Source of the DNA: Macrostomum lignano
Taxonomy: Eukaryota
Assembly (NCBI GenBank): GCA_002269645.1
Contig: NIVC01000509.1
Coordinates: 62,001-126,000, forward strand
Length of the DNA stretch: 64,000 nt
Direction of reading: 5' to 3'
The position numbers and the translations under genes were made by a program. Below the pieces are notes generated by a model. The model was not told the origin of the DNA, did not search any database, and worked only from the letters and a program-made list of their open reading frames with translations. This document shows, piece by piece, positions 44,501 to 58,200 of this stretch. Each line of letters opens with the position of its first letter. Positions within the stretch are counted from its first letter, which is position 1.

Positions 44501-47500
44501 TCCTATATACTAAAAATGAGTTGTCTGTGGGTATGCGATAGATTTCAGAAAAAATGGCTCAACCGATTTTCTTCAAACTTGCACCATTCGATCAGAAATT
44601 CTCCTGGGACGGTACATGCATCTTGGCTAAGAAATTGCTATATATTAAAGGGATTAAATATTTGAAAAACATGCTTTTTTGCAAAGGTCAAGCAAAATTT
44701 TCGACTTGAAATGCATTGTAAGAATGCTAGAGAAAAAACTGACTGGCTGAATTTCAATTCTGATAAAGATTGCATCACAACAAGTCGAAAACAGTGCCGA
44801 AGAAATGAACACACAACTTGATTTAAATTGCGTAACCAATAGGCCTATTGCTAACTTGAATTGAAACTGATACTGGCTGACTGAGAAATTGATTATGTCA
44901 TAACTTTTTACTCTAATTGACTTGCTGTAAGAATTGAATTATAAGGGCCACAATTGATGTACTCCAATTGAAAAGAGATAGCCCAGATGCGAACAGACTG
45001 GAATGCTAATGTAGCGACCTGGGTTCGAATCTTAGTAGTGCAAAATAATTTTTTTATTAAAACACCTTGAAAACATGAAACTGCTAAACATAAAAGAAGC
45101 ACAATGTCAAACATATCAGTGGCACCATGTCGAACATTAAAGAGCCACCATGCCAAACATAAACGAGCCACCATGTCAAGCATTAAAAAGCCACCATGTC
45201 AAACATATTTGTGACTCCATGTAAAACATATATACGTGACTCCATGTCAAACATAAAAGAGCCACCATGTCAAACGTAAAAGAACCTACATGTTGAACAT
45301 TAAAGAGCCACCATGTCAAACGTAAAAGAACCACCATGTCGAACATTAAAGAGCCACCATGTCAAACGTAAAAGAACCGACATGTCGAACATTAAAGAGC
45401 CACCATGTCAAACATTAAAGAGCCACCATGTCAAAAATTAAAGAGCCACTTTGTCATACTTAAAAGAGCCACCATGTCGAACATTAAAGAGCTACCATGT
45501 CAAACATAAAAAAGCCACCATGTCAAACTTTAAAGAGCCACCACGTCGAACGTGAAAAAGCCACCATGTCAAACATAAAAGAGCCACCATGTCTAACAAT
45601 AAAGAACCACCATGTCGAACATTAAAGAGCTACCATGTCAAGCATAAAAGAGCCGACATGTCGAAAATTAAAGAGCTACCATGTCAAACATTAACGAGCC
45701 ACCATGTCAAACATTAAAGAGCCACTTTGTCGAAAATTAAAGAGCTACCATGTCAAACATAAAAGAGCCAACATGTCGAAAATTAAAGAGCCACCATGTC
45801 AAACGTAAAAGAACCACCATGTCGAACATTTAAGAGCTACAATGTCAAACATTTAAGAGCCACCATGTCAAACGTAAAAGAACCACCATGTCGAACATTT
45901 AAGAGCTACAATGTCAAACATTAAAGAGCCACCATGTCAAACATTAAAGAGCCACCATGTCAAACATAAAGGAGCCACTTTTTCGAACATTAAAGAGCCA
46001 CCACGTTGAACATTAAAGAGCCACCATGTCGAACATTAAAGAACCACCATGTCAAACATTAAAGAGCCACCATGTCAAATAATAAAGAGCCACCATGTCA
46101 AACATTTAAGAGCCACCATGAAAAAAATTTAAAGAGCCACCATGTCTAACATTAAAGAGCCACCATGTCCAACATGCAACATTAAAGAGCCACCATGTCC
46201 AACATATATGTGACTCCATGTCGAACATTAAAGAGCCACCATGTCTAACATTAAAGAGCCACTATGTCCAACATGCAACATTAAAGAGCCACCATGTCCA
46301 ACATATATGTGACTCCATGTCGAACATTAAAGAGCCACCATGTCGAACGTTAAAGAGCCACCATGTCGAACATAAAAGAGCCACCATGTAAAACATTAAA
46401 GAGCCACCATGTCTAACATTAAAGAGCCACCATGTCGAACGTTAAAGAGCCACCATGTCAAACATTAACGAGTCACCATGTCAAGCGTATACGTGACTCC
46501 ATGTCAAACATTAAAGAGCCATCATTTCAGACATTAAAGTGTCACCATGTCGAACATTAAAAAGCCACCATGTCCAACATTAAAGAGCCACCATGTCTAA
46601 CATATATGTGACTCCAAGTCGAACATTAAAGAGCCACCATGTCCAACATGCAACATTAAAGAGCCACCATGTCCAACATATATGTGACTCCATGTCGAAC
46701 ATTAAAGAGCCACCATGTCGAACGTTAAAGAGCCACCATGTCGAACATAAAAGAGCCACCATGTAAAACATTAAAGAGCCACCATGTCTAACATTAAAGA
46801 GCCACCATGTCGAACGTTAAAGAGCCACCATGTCAAACATTAACGAGTCACCATGTCAAGCGTATACGTGACTCCATGTCAAACATTAAAGAGCCATCAT
46901 TTCAGACATTAAAGTGTCACCATGTTGAACGTTAAAGAGCCACCATGTCGAACATTAAAGAGCCACCATGTAAAGCATATATGTGACTCCATGCCAAATA
47001 TATACATGACTCCATGTCTAACACATACATGACTCCATGTCAAACATTAAAGAGCCACCCTGTCGAACGTTAAAGAGCCACAATGTAGAACATTAAAGAG
47101 CCACCATGTCAAACAATAAAGAGCCACCATGTTGAGCATTAAAGCACCACCATGTCGAACGTTAAAGAGCCACCATGTCGAACATTAAAGAGCCACTTTG
47201 TCAAACATAGAAGAGCCACCATGTCAAACATAGAAGAGCCACCATGTCAGACATTGGAAGCCACCGTATCAAACATAAAAGAGTTACCATGTTGAACAAA
47301 AAAGAGCCACAATGTAGAACATAAAAGAGCCACCCTGTTAAACATAAAATATACACAATTTCAAATGTAAAAGTAAGTGAATTTTAAAGGAGCCGCTATA
47401 ATGCTAAAGAAATTGTCGCACTAGCTACTTATTGTCTGGTGGATGCTTGCTATTTGGGGATGCTATCTATCTTGGGGATGCTTGCTATCTGGGGGATGCT

Positions 47501-47832
47501 TGCTATCTGGGGTATGCTTGCTATCTGGGGATGCTTGCTATCTGGGGGATGCTTGCTATCTGGGGATGCTTGCTATCTGGGGATGCTTGCTATCTGGGGA
47601 TGCTTGCTATCTGGGGGATGCTTGCTATCTGGGGGATGCTTGCTATCTGGGGGATGCTTACTATCTGGGGGATGCTTGCTGTCTTGCGATGATTTCTTTT
47701 TGCATTGCACTTCATTTGAGTATTTTGTCTGTTTTCTTTGTGAAGGCTTTATTTCACTATTTTTTTGTTACTTACTTGTAGAGAACAGAGACTCTATATA
47801 GATGTCCCCCAACGGGGGGCAAAGATTGCTAG
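44501..47832 (+). mobile_element. Non-autonomous Helitron, type A
   Basis: A|TCCTATATACTAAAAATG at 44500/44501; CCCCCAACGGGGGGCAAAGATTGCTAG ending at 47832. Confidence 0.9.
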
Positions 47833-50800
47833 TCCTATATACTAAAAATTAGTTGTCTGTGGGTAGGTAGGTATGCGATAGATTTCAGAAAAAATGGCTC
47901 AATCGATTTTCTTCAAACTTGCACCATTCGATCAGAAATTTTCCTGGGACGGTACATGCATCTTGGCTAAGAAATTGCTCAATGATAAAGGGATTAAATA
48001 TTCGAAAAACATGCTTTTTTGCAAAGGTCAAGCAGCTCTTTCGACCTGGAATGCATTGTAAGAATGCTAGAGAAAAAACTGACTGGCTGAATTCCGATTG
48101 TGATAAAGATTGCCTCACAACAAGTTGAAAACAGTGTCGAAGAAATGCACACACGACTTGATTAAAATTGCGTAACCATATTGCTAACTTAAATTGAGAC
48201 TGATACTGGCTGACTGAGAAATTGATTATGTCATAACTTTTTACTTCAATTGACTTGCTGTAAGAATTGAGTTATAAGGGCCACAATTCATGTTCTCCAA
48301 TTGAAAAGAGATAGCCAAGATGCGAACAGACTGGAATGCTAACGTAGCGACCTGGGTTCGAATCTTAGTAGTGCAAAAAGAAAATTTAAAAAGATTTTTT
48401 TTATCACAACACCTTAAAAACACAAAACTGCTAAACATAAGAGAAGCGCAATGTCAAACATAGAAGAGCCACTATGTCGAACATTAAAGAGCCAACATTT
48501 TGAATATAAAAGAATTAGCATGTCAAACATAAAAGAGCCACCATGCCAAAAATAAAATAAGCACTATGTCAAACATATATGTGACTCCATGTCAAAGATT
48601 AAAAAGCCACCATGTCAAACATAGAAGAGCCACCATATCAAACCTAAACGAGCCACCACGTCTAACATTTAAGAGCCACCATGTCAAACATTTAAGAGCC
48701 ACCATGTCAAAACATTTAAGAGCCAACATGTCAAACATTAAAGAGCCACCATGTCAAACATTTAAGAGCCACCATGTCAAACATATATGTGACTTTATGT
48801 CAAACTTTAAAGAGCCACCATTTCGAACATTAAAGAGCCACCATTTCGAACATTAAAGAGCCACCATTTCGAACATTAAAGAGCCACCATTTCGAACATT
48901 AAAGAGCCACCATTTCGAACATTAAAGAGCCACCATTTCGAACATTAAAGAGCCACCATTTCGAACAATAAAGAGCCACCATGTAAAACATTTAAGAGCC
49001 ACCATGTCAAACATTAAATAGCCACTTTGTCGAACATTAAAGAGCCACCGTGTCAAACATAAAAGAGCCACCATGTTAAACATTAAAGAGCCACCATGTC
49101 AAACAAAGAAGAGCCACCATGTCAAACATAAAACAGCCACCATGTCAGACATTAAAAAGCCACCGTATCAAACATAAAAGAGTTGCCATGTAGAACAAAA
49201 GACAGCCACCATGTCGAAAATAAAAGAGCCAACATGTAGAATATTAAAGAGCCACTATGTCAAATATTTAAAAGCAACCATGTCAAACATATATGTGGCT
49301 TTATGTCAAACATTAAAGAGCCACTATGCCAAACATAAAATAAGCACTATGTCAAACATATACGTGACTCCATGTCAAAGATTAAAAAGCCGCCATGTCA
49401 AACATAAAAGAGCCACCATGTCAAACATTTAAGAGCCACCATGTCAAACATATATGTGACTTTATGTTAAACTTTAAAGAGCCACCATTTCGAACATTAA
49501 AGAGCCATTATGTCAAACATTAAAGAGCCACCGTGTCAAACATAAAAGAGCCACCATGTTAAACAATAAAGAGCCACCATGTCAAACATAGAAGAGCCAC
49601 CATGTCAAACATAAAAGAGCCACCGTGTCAAACATAGAAGAGCCACCATGTTAAACATAGAAGAGCCACCATGTTAAACATTAAATAGCCACCATGTCAA
49701 ACATAGAAGAGCCACCATGTAAAACATAAAAGAGCCACCATGTCAGACATTAAAAAGCCACCATATCAAACATAAAAGAGTTACGATGTAGAACAAAAAA
49801 CAGCCACCATGTCAAACATAAAAGAGCCACCATGTCAAACATTAAAAAGCCACTTTGTCTAACATTAAAGAGCCACCATGTCAAAGATTTAAGAGCCACC
49901 ATGTCAAACATTTAAGAGCCACCATGTCAAATATATATGTGACTTTATGTCAAACATTAAAGAGCCACCATTTTGAACATTAAAGAGCCACCGTGTCAGA
50001 CATAAAAGAGCTACCATTTAGAACAAAAAACAGCCATGATTTCGAACATTAAGGAGCCACTTTGTCTAACATTACAAAGCCACCATGTGAAACATTTAGG
50101 AGCCACCATGTCAAACATCAAAGAGCCATCATGTGAAACATATACGTGACTCAATGTCAAACATTAAAGAGCCACCATGTCAAACATTAAAGAGCTATCA
50201 TGTCAAACACAAAAGAGCTACCATGTCAAACATAGAAGAGCTACCATGTCAAACATTAAAGAGCCACCTTTTTAAACAAAAAAAGAGACACCATTTCAAA
50301 CATAAAAGAAGTGTCATGCCAAACAAAATGGAACCATTATAAAGCTAAGGAAATTGTTGCACTAGCTACTTGTTCTCTGGTGGATGCTTGCTATTTAAGG
50401 ATGGATACTTGCTTACAAGGGGATGCTTGCTCTTGTGGGTGGAGGGTACTTGCTATCTGAGAGGGGGTTGCTAGATATCTTGCTAAATATTTGGTACATC
50501 GTCATGGCGATGTACCGTGATACGACAGCTGCTGTGACAACACCGGACGGCCTATCGGACTCCTTTGAGACATCCTCCGGAGTGCTTCAGGGAGATACGC
50601 TGGCGCCGTTTCTGTTCGTCCTGGTGCTTGACTGGGTGCTGCGGACTGCTCTTCCTACCGACGACGACGGTTTTCTGCTGCAGCGACGCGTGGGTCGACG
50701 TCAACCGGAGAAGCGGCTCAGCGTGCTTGGCTACGCCGACGACCTCGCCCTGCTGTCCTCGACCGTCGAGGGCGCCCAACGGCAGCTGGACAGGCTGGTT

Positions 50801-52436
50801 GCCGTTGCGGCGAGTGTCGGCCTGGTGGTCAACACGCAGAAGACCGTTGTGCTCTGCGTGCCGGACGACATCGAGGCTGCAATATTTTGCCGAGGCGCTG
50901 ACGGGCAGGCGACCGAACTCCCGCGATGTCAGCAGTTCGTCTACCTCGGCGGTCTGGTTCCAGACGCTCGCGAGGACCTGCGACGCCGCCGCGGGCTTGC
51001 CTGGGCTGCCTTTCGTTCTGTGAGGGCAGTCCTGCAGTCCGAGGCCCTACCGGACCGCCAGAGGGCGGCGCTGTTCCAGGCGGTAATCGAGACCGTCCTG
51101 CTGTACAACGCCGAGACCTGGACGCTGACGGACTCACTCGAACAGCAAGTCGATGCGGCGCACGCTGGTCTGCTGCGCGCCGCCTTCAACATCGGCGTCG
51201 AGCGAGTCACCAACGCGGCACTCTATCGCCGCGCTGGCCTGCCACGTCCAAGTGATCTACTGCGCCGTCGGCGACTCCAGCTCGCAGGCCATCTCATCCG
51301 CGCCGAGTCGTACTGCCCACAGCCGGTGCAGGAGGTGCTGCTGCTCACGCTGCAGGCACCCTACCGGCGAGGTCAAGCGCGAACTCGGCGTTATGTCGAC
51401 TGTCTGCTGGCTGACGCCGGCGCCCCGGACACTGCCGGTGGCGCGGCCTTTGTTCGCGCCCAAGCCATGAAGCGCGCCCTGTGACGCTGACTTTTACCAT
51501 CATGACAGCGTATTTTGTTGTTTTGTTGTTGTTGCATCTAGGTTATGGATAACCTTGCTATCAGGGGTTGCTTGCTGTCTGGGGGATGCTTGCGATCTGG
51601 GGGATGCTTGCTATCTGGGGGATGCTTGCTATTTGGGGTCTGGGGGAATGCTTGCTATCTGGGAGATGCTTGCTATCTGGGGTCTGGGGGAATGCTTGCT
51701 ATCTGGGGATGCTTGCTATCTGGGGGATGCTTGCTATCTGCGGGATGCTTGCTATCTGGGGGATGCTTACTATCTGGGGTCTGGGGGAATGCTTGCTATC
51801 TGGGGATGCTTGCTATCTGGGGATGCTTGCTATCTGGGGTTGCTTGCTATCTGGGGATGCTTGCTATCTGGGGTTGCTTGCTATGGGGGGATGCTTGCTA
51901 TCTGTGGGATGCTTGCTATCTGCGGGATGCTTGCTATCTGGGGGATGCTTACTATCTGGGGTCTGGGGGAATGCTTGCTATCTGGGGATGCTTACTATCT
52001 GGGGTCTAGGGAAATCCTTGCTATTTGGGGATGCTTGCTATCTGGGGGATGCTTGCTATCTGCGAGATGCTTGCTATCTGGGGGATGCTTACTATCTGGG
52101 GTCTGGGGGAATGCTTGCTATCTGGGGATGCTTGCTATCTGGGGTTGCTTGCTATCTGGGGATGCTTGCTATCTGGGGTTGCTTGCTATGGGGGGGATGC
52201 TTGCTATCGGGGGGATGCTTGCTACCTGGGGGATGCTTGCAGTCTGGGGGATGCTTGCTATTTGGGGATCGATGCTTGAATGCTGTCTGAGGATGCTTGC
52301 TGTCTTGGGATGTTTTGTTTTTAAGAGGGAATGTCTATTGTTGTTTTTTAAAGGCTTTATTTCGCTGTCTATTTGTTATTTTTAAAGAACAAGGATTCCA
52401 TCCAGATGTCCCCCATCGGGGGGCGAAGATTGCTAG
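47833..52436 (+). mobile_element. Non-autonomous Helitron, type A, carrying an RTE-like insertion
   Basis: TCCTATATAC at 47833; hairpin plus GAAGATTGCTAG ending at 52436. Confidence 0.88.
50497..51534 (+). mobile_element. 5'-truncated RTE/RTEX-like non-LTR retrotransposon (RT C-terminal half, stop 51484, (TTG)n tail)
   Basis: GVLQGDTLAPFLF, GYADD, VNTQKT, FVYLGG, LLYNAETW, RRLQLAGH; short 3' UTR and TTG tail at 51515-51534. No clear TSD. Confidence 0.85.
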
Positions 52437-55016
52437 TCCTATATACTAAAAATGGTCTGTCTGTGTCTATGTGATCGATTAGAGAAAAAATGGCTGGACC
52501 GATTTTGTTCGAACTTGCACTGTTCGATCAGAAATTTTCCCGTGACTGTACATGCATCGTGGCTAAGAAATTTCTCGATGCTAAAGGCATTAAATATTCG
52601 AAAAACATGCTTTTTTGCAAAGGTCAAGCAAACTTTTCGACTTGAAATGCATTGTAAGAATGCTAGAGAAAAAACTGACTGGTTGAATTCTGATTCTGAA
52701 ATAGATTGCATCATAACTGAATTGTAACTCCGACTTGAATTGAAAATGCAGTGTGGAAGCGTAGCACCAGACTTGATTTAGATTGCGTAACCATATTGTT
52801 AACTGATACTGACTGACTGAGAAACTGATTATGTCATAACTGCTTCGTGTGATTTACTCTATGCTTGGATTTTAAAGTGTTGAATTATATAAGTGCAAAA
52901 TTTGATGTTATCAAAACGATCGATGAGAGCTAGCCTAGAGGTGAACAAACTGAACTGCTAAATGCAGCGACGATGGTTCGAATTTTCATAGAGTACAATT
53001 TTTTTAATTAAAACTTTTCAACGTCAGGAAAACTAAAAGACTTTTTAAAAAGAAGCATCATGTAAAATATCAGAAAAAAGCGTCATATAAAAAATCATAG
53101 ATGCGTCATTTACAAAATCATAGAAGCGTCATGTAAAAAATCATAGAAGCGTCATGTAAACAATCATAGAAGCGTCATGTAAAAAATCATAGAAGCGTCA
53201 TGTAAACAATCATAGAAGCGTCATGTAAAAAATCATAGAAGCGCCATGTAAACAATCATAGAAGCGTCATGTAAACAATCATAGAAGCGTCATGTAAAAA
53301 ATCATAGAAGCGTCATGTAAACAATCATAGAAGCGTCATGTAAACAATCATAGAAGCGTCATGTAAACAATAATAGAAGCGTCATGAAAAAATCATAGAA
53401 GCGTCATGTAAAAAATCATAGAAGCGTCATGTAAAAAATCATAGAAGCGCCATGTAAACAATCATAGAAGCGTCATGTAAACAATCATAGAAGCGTCATG
53501 TAAACAATCATAGAAGCGTCATGTAAAAAATCATAGAAGCGTCATGTAAAAAATCATAGAAGCGTCATGTAAAAAATCATAGAAGCGTCATGTAAACAAT
53601 CATAGAAGCGTCATGTAAAAAATCATAGAAGCGCCATGTAAACAATCATAGAAGCGTCATGTAAACAATCATAGAAGCGTCATGTAAAAAATCATAGAAG
53701 CGCCATGTAAACAATCATAGAAGCGTCATGTAAAAATCATAGAAGCGTCATGTAAAAATCATAGAAGCGTCATGTAAACAATCATAGAAGCGTCATATAA
53801 AAATCATAGAAGCCTCATTTAAAAACTAATGAAAGTGTCATTTAAAAATTAAGAAGCATCATGGTACAATAAAAGAAGCATCATGTCAGACATGAAGGGT
53901 GTCATGTAAAAATTAAATGCAGCTATAATGCTGTGCTGGGGAGAAAAACTGAGACGTAAAGGCTCTCAGAGAATAACTGAGATTACGGGGGGGGGGGTTG
54001 TTTCTGAGATGTCAAAGCAAAAGTCAGAAGCTACTTCAAAGTTCATGTACTTTACTCAATTTTTTATTGCATTCTTTGTTGGCTCGCCACGGGGGGGGGC
54101 GCTGATAGAAGAAGAGTCATGTAAAAAATAAAAGTAGCACTATGTATACATAAAAGAAAAGTCATGTCGAAGTTAAAAGATTCATTTGGGAATTGCTACG
54201 ATGTCAAAGCTTGGTGGAAATCGTTATAGTGCTGTGATTCTTAAAGAAGGAATCACTAAAATGTCAAGGCTTAGGGGAGAAGAATTGCTGAGATTTCAAG
54301 GCTTTAGGTTGGGTTAAAGTTAGGTTTAGGTCAGGTGTGGGTTGAGGGTTATATTTTAGCGGGTTTCAAGGTTAACAGAATAACAGGGGATTTTTTAGAT
54401 TAGAAGGTTTATGGGGGCCATCGCTGACATGTTAAGGCTTACGGGGGGAATAGCTGAGATGGCAAGGTTCACGGGGGTATAAATGAGATTTCAAGGCTAA
54501 AGTCAGAAGCTACATGTAGTTTATTGAAAACTTTTTATTACATTATTTGATGCCTCCTCTGGGGAGGGATCGCTGATAGAAAAAGCGTAATGTAAAAAAT
54601 AAAAGAAGCTTCATGTCGAAGTTAAAAGACTCATTTGGGAATCCCTACGATGTCGAGGCTTGCAGGGAATCGCTATAATGCTGTAGTAGTGCTATAATGA
54701 CTCTTAGAGAGAATTACTGAAATTTCAATGCTTTAGGGTTAGGTTAGGGTTAGGGTTAGGGTTAGGGTTAGGCTTAGGCTAGGGTTAGGGTTAGAAGGTT
54801 GACAGATATTTTTAGATTTCCAAGGCTTATTGGGGGCATTGCTGAGATGTCAAGGGGGAAGTTGATATGTTAAAGCTTGTGGGGGGGAATTACTGACATG
54901 TCGAGGCTTACAAGGTTTGACAGGAGATTTTTTAAGATTTCAAGGATACATGTAGCTTATTAAAAAAACGTGTATTGCATTTCTTTGGCTCCCCAACGGG
55001 GGGCGTAGATTGCTAG
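52437..55016 (+). mobile_element. Non-autonomous Helitron, type C
   Basis: TCCTATATACTAAAAATGG at 52437; hairpin plus CTAG|T at 55016/55017; close inverted paralog of 30294-33277. Confidence 0.9.
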
Positions 55017-55260
55017 TAAATTTCTAAAATCCTGGCCCACCATGCACTAGCGTTGACAATAGGCATAAGATTATGCGCAGAAAAATCTAACCTTGCATGG
55101 TAGGCGACTACTTTCTAGTAGTGATGTAAATAAACGCAATATTGCCATGTCTGCTGTGTAGAACGTCAACGCTAGATTTTCGCTGCGCGTAACACCCACT
55201 CAATACCGAGTGACTGATAACTACATTACTATAATATCATCAACGCCAATTGCTGCTGGC

Positions 55261-58200
55261 TCATTTCTCGCAAAAAGCTAATAAACGCTTCTGCTCATTT
55301 ACCTGTGCCAGAATACCACCTGTTGAAAATAGGCGCTGAAATCTAACGAAATCGCAACAGGTAACAAACAGATCAGACAAGGCACGAACTCTACTCACCG
55401 CAGTGTAGTACAGACCTGCTGGCGGCGACTTGCGGCCCTTACCCAGCTGTACAAACGCCTTGTCAATCGTTAGGCCTTGCGACGTGTGAATAGTGATTGC
55501 CCAGGCTAGCCTCAGCGGAAACTGCTGTCTCGACAAGCTGGCGCCTCGCTGAAGCCACTGGCTCGACACTGGCAGAATTGGCACAACAGAAACTGATGAC
55601 GCACACTCGCTGCTGCTGCTGCTGCTGCTACTACTACCATCTCCTCTGGTCAGCCGCATGGCTTGCATTGCCGGGCCATTGTAGCGCTCGAATTCAACCC
55701 AAATGCAGTCGGGCAAATCGTTTGGCGGCTTCTTTCCATTCGCATAGCAGATGCCACGAACCGTTCCAACCGAGCCATTCACCAGGCCATTTTGCACAGA
55801 TAGATTCCGAGTCAACATCACGCGTGCTCCAATCGCCAGAAATAGTCGCCTGGCTAGGCCTGTCTCCGATTTCTGCTTGCTACTATCAGCAGCATTGTTG
55901 CCAGTCAGCGGTTGCCTTCCAGTACAAGTTGCATTGATTATCCGCACCGGATTGTTATCATCGACAATTTTTCGCAGCTCCTCACAATTGGCATTAGACA
56001 CATCTTCATTTGTGTGGTACAATAGAGTGCATTTGCCATCAACATCTAGCGGTAGCATGTCTGCAGCTGCTACTTGACACTTGTCCATTACAGTCTTCCA
56101 AATGGCTTCGGTTACTTTGCCTTCGCGAAGAGACTCTAGAATGCTGGCAAACTCTGTGTCATTTGCTTGACGCACCTGCTTGTTTAGATAAACAACCGTT
56201 TTGAAACTCTGATACACTTGATAGCCAATCGGTGTCAAATTATCTTTGGCATTCTTGTTAAACACGTACAGCTGTTTGTCTTGAACGGGAGGCAGCTGAA
56301 ACACATCACCAACCAAAATGATTGACCGTCCGCCGAAATATCCTTCTTCAAGCGTGTCTCGCTTCTCCTCAGGAAACAGTTCGCACAGCCGGTTGTGCAC
56401 CTTGGCCAGTGTCCTTTGGCCAACCATGCTAAACTCGTCAATGATTATGTAGCGCACGTTTGACCATACCGATTGCATGTCTGACAATGCCTTGCTGCTG
56501 CCCGAAGTCGTTGAACCGTCAGCATTAGTAGTACAGGCCGTAGTCGAAAACTTTACGTTCAACTTCAACGCTGAATGCAGTGTCTCGCCAGCAATGTTGA
56601 ACGCAGCCACACCAGTCGGTGCCATTACTTTGCACTTGTCCTCGCCAATCAATTTTCGTAGTGCAGCAATCAGAAAACTCTTGCCTGTTCCAGCGCTGCC
56701 ATACAAAATTACTCGCAGTGGTGGAGGCATCTTTCCCGACTCAGTACTATTGTTAGTAGTGTCACTTTCGGCCAGCCGTTCAAGCTTCAATTGATTGTCA
56801 ATCATGTCGTAGAGCTTCCGCTGTCTCTCATTCAGCAGTGAAACGTCAATCGTTTGACGATTAGCGCCTGCACCATCTTCGGTTGTAATTCCAGCTACAC
56901 GTCTAACAGGCTTAGTCAATTCGGTCATTAAAAACTGCTTTGCCTCTGCCAGACTCGGAAATTGCCAATCTGAAGCAGCACTCCAATCGAAACCTTCTGG
57001 CGCAACTGGCAGAGTATCTTCCGGATTCTTGTTCACATTCAGCTGAATGTCCGCATGCCTTGCACCCAGTGCTGCCATCCAATCTTCTTGCTGACGCTCC
57101 GGATAAGCTGGACCAGCAACTGATTCGGCATTCGCGGCAGTCATGTCTGGCAAACCGGCGACTGCTTCGCGTTCCTCCTCGTCGGCTTCATCGTTGCGCA
57201 GGTCGTCCAAATCGCGCACAACCAGCTGACACGCTTCCGTTTGCATCATCGCCTCGTAGGCCTCGCGCCAGCTTGCATGCGATCCCTTTGCTTGCTCTTC
57301 GGTTCGCCAACAGCTCCACAGTAGTACCTGCTGCCGATAGTTTGTTCGCGCCGTTTATCGTCGCTGTCTGTTGAGCGCAAAAACGGACTCACAATCAAAA
57401 CTGCTTCCTTGCCCGCTAGTCGCTTCTTGTAGACGGCAACTTGTTCACCACCGCGTCTTTGTTGACGCATCGGGGGAATATAGTCCGAAAAGAATCGATA
57501 CATTGTCTCATTCTCCAATTGTGCCGGCCGATTTGCGTACTTTTCAATACTATTCTTGCAAACGCCTCGACTCTCAATCGCTCTAGTCTCGCCAGTTTGA
57601 ACGTAGACAAACTCTCGCGACGCCTTGTACATCGGTGTCTGTAATACCAGATGCATAGCCTCTTGTGCTGAATAGTCGCGCGCTCCAACTTGCATCATCA
57701 AGTGCTGCTGAACAATGCGACGTGCAGTATTTGTTCGACTATACTCGTCGTGCTGCTGATTATTATCATTTTCTGCTGCATTATCAATGTCCACTGACTC
57801 CTGCTGCTGCTCCATAGAAAGATAGCGACGATTCAACTCTTGCAACTGCTCCGATTCCTTCTCTCCTTTGCTTGCATACTTGATCAAATAGCGAATCAAA
57901 TCTTTGGCCGACGAAATCATCTGAATGTCTAGGTTAGCTCTCCACATGCACAGTACTTGAGGATTGTACATGCCAATATACTGGTCGTTGCGCTGCGTCT
58001 CAACCTTCCAGTTTAAACTCGACAGCTTTTTGGCGACAGTCTTTGTCTGCAAATCTCGCGGATATTTGTATCGACACTTCATAGAACCGTTTTTTCCTTT
58101 CGTAGGCACCGATTACTGCACCTTGAGTGCCTCATGTTGTTGTGAAGAAGTGCTTGCAAATCAGCTTTATCGTCCTTAATTTCGGACGGCTTCAATCGAG

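Noticed and set aside
40708-52385. GGCLLS / DACYLG / MLAIWG repeat ORFs
   Set aside because: Frame-cycling translations of the 16-17-bp satellite.
55047-55175. 11-bp inverted repeat CTAGCGTTGAC / GTCAACGCTAG as a Helitron2 terminus
   Set aside because: The subrepeat family continues past it toward 17.1 kb, where a better terminal structure (inverted repeat, hairpin, satellite junction) exists.
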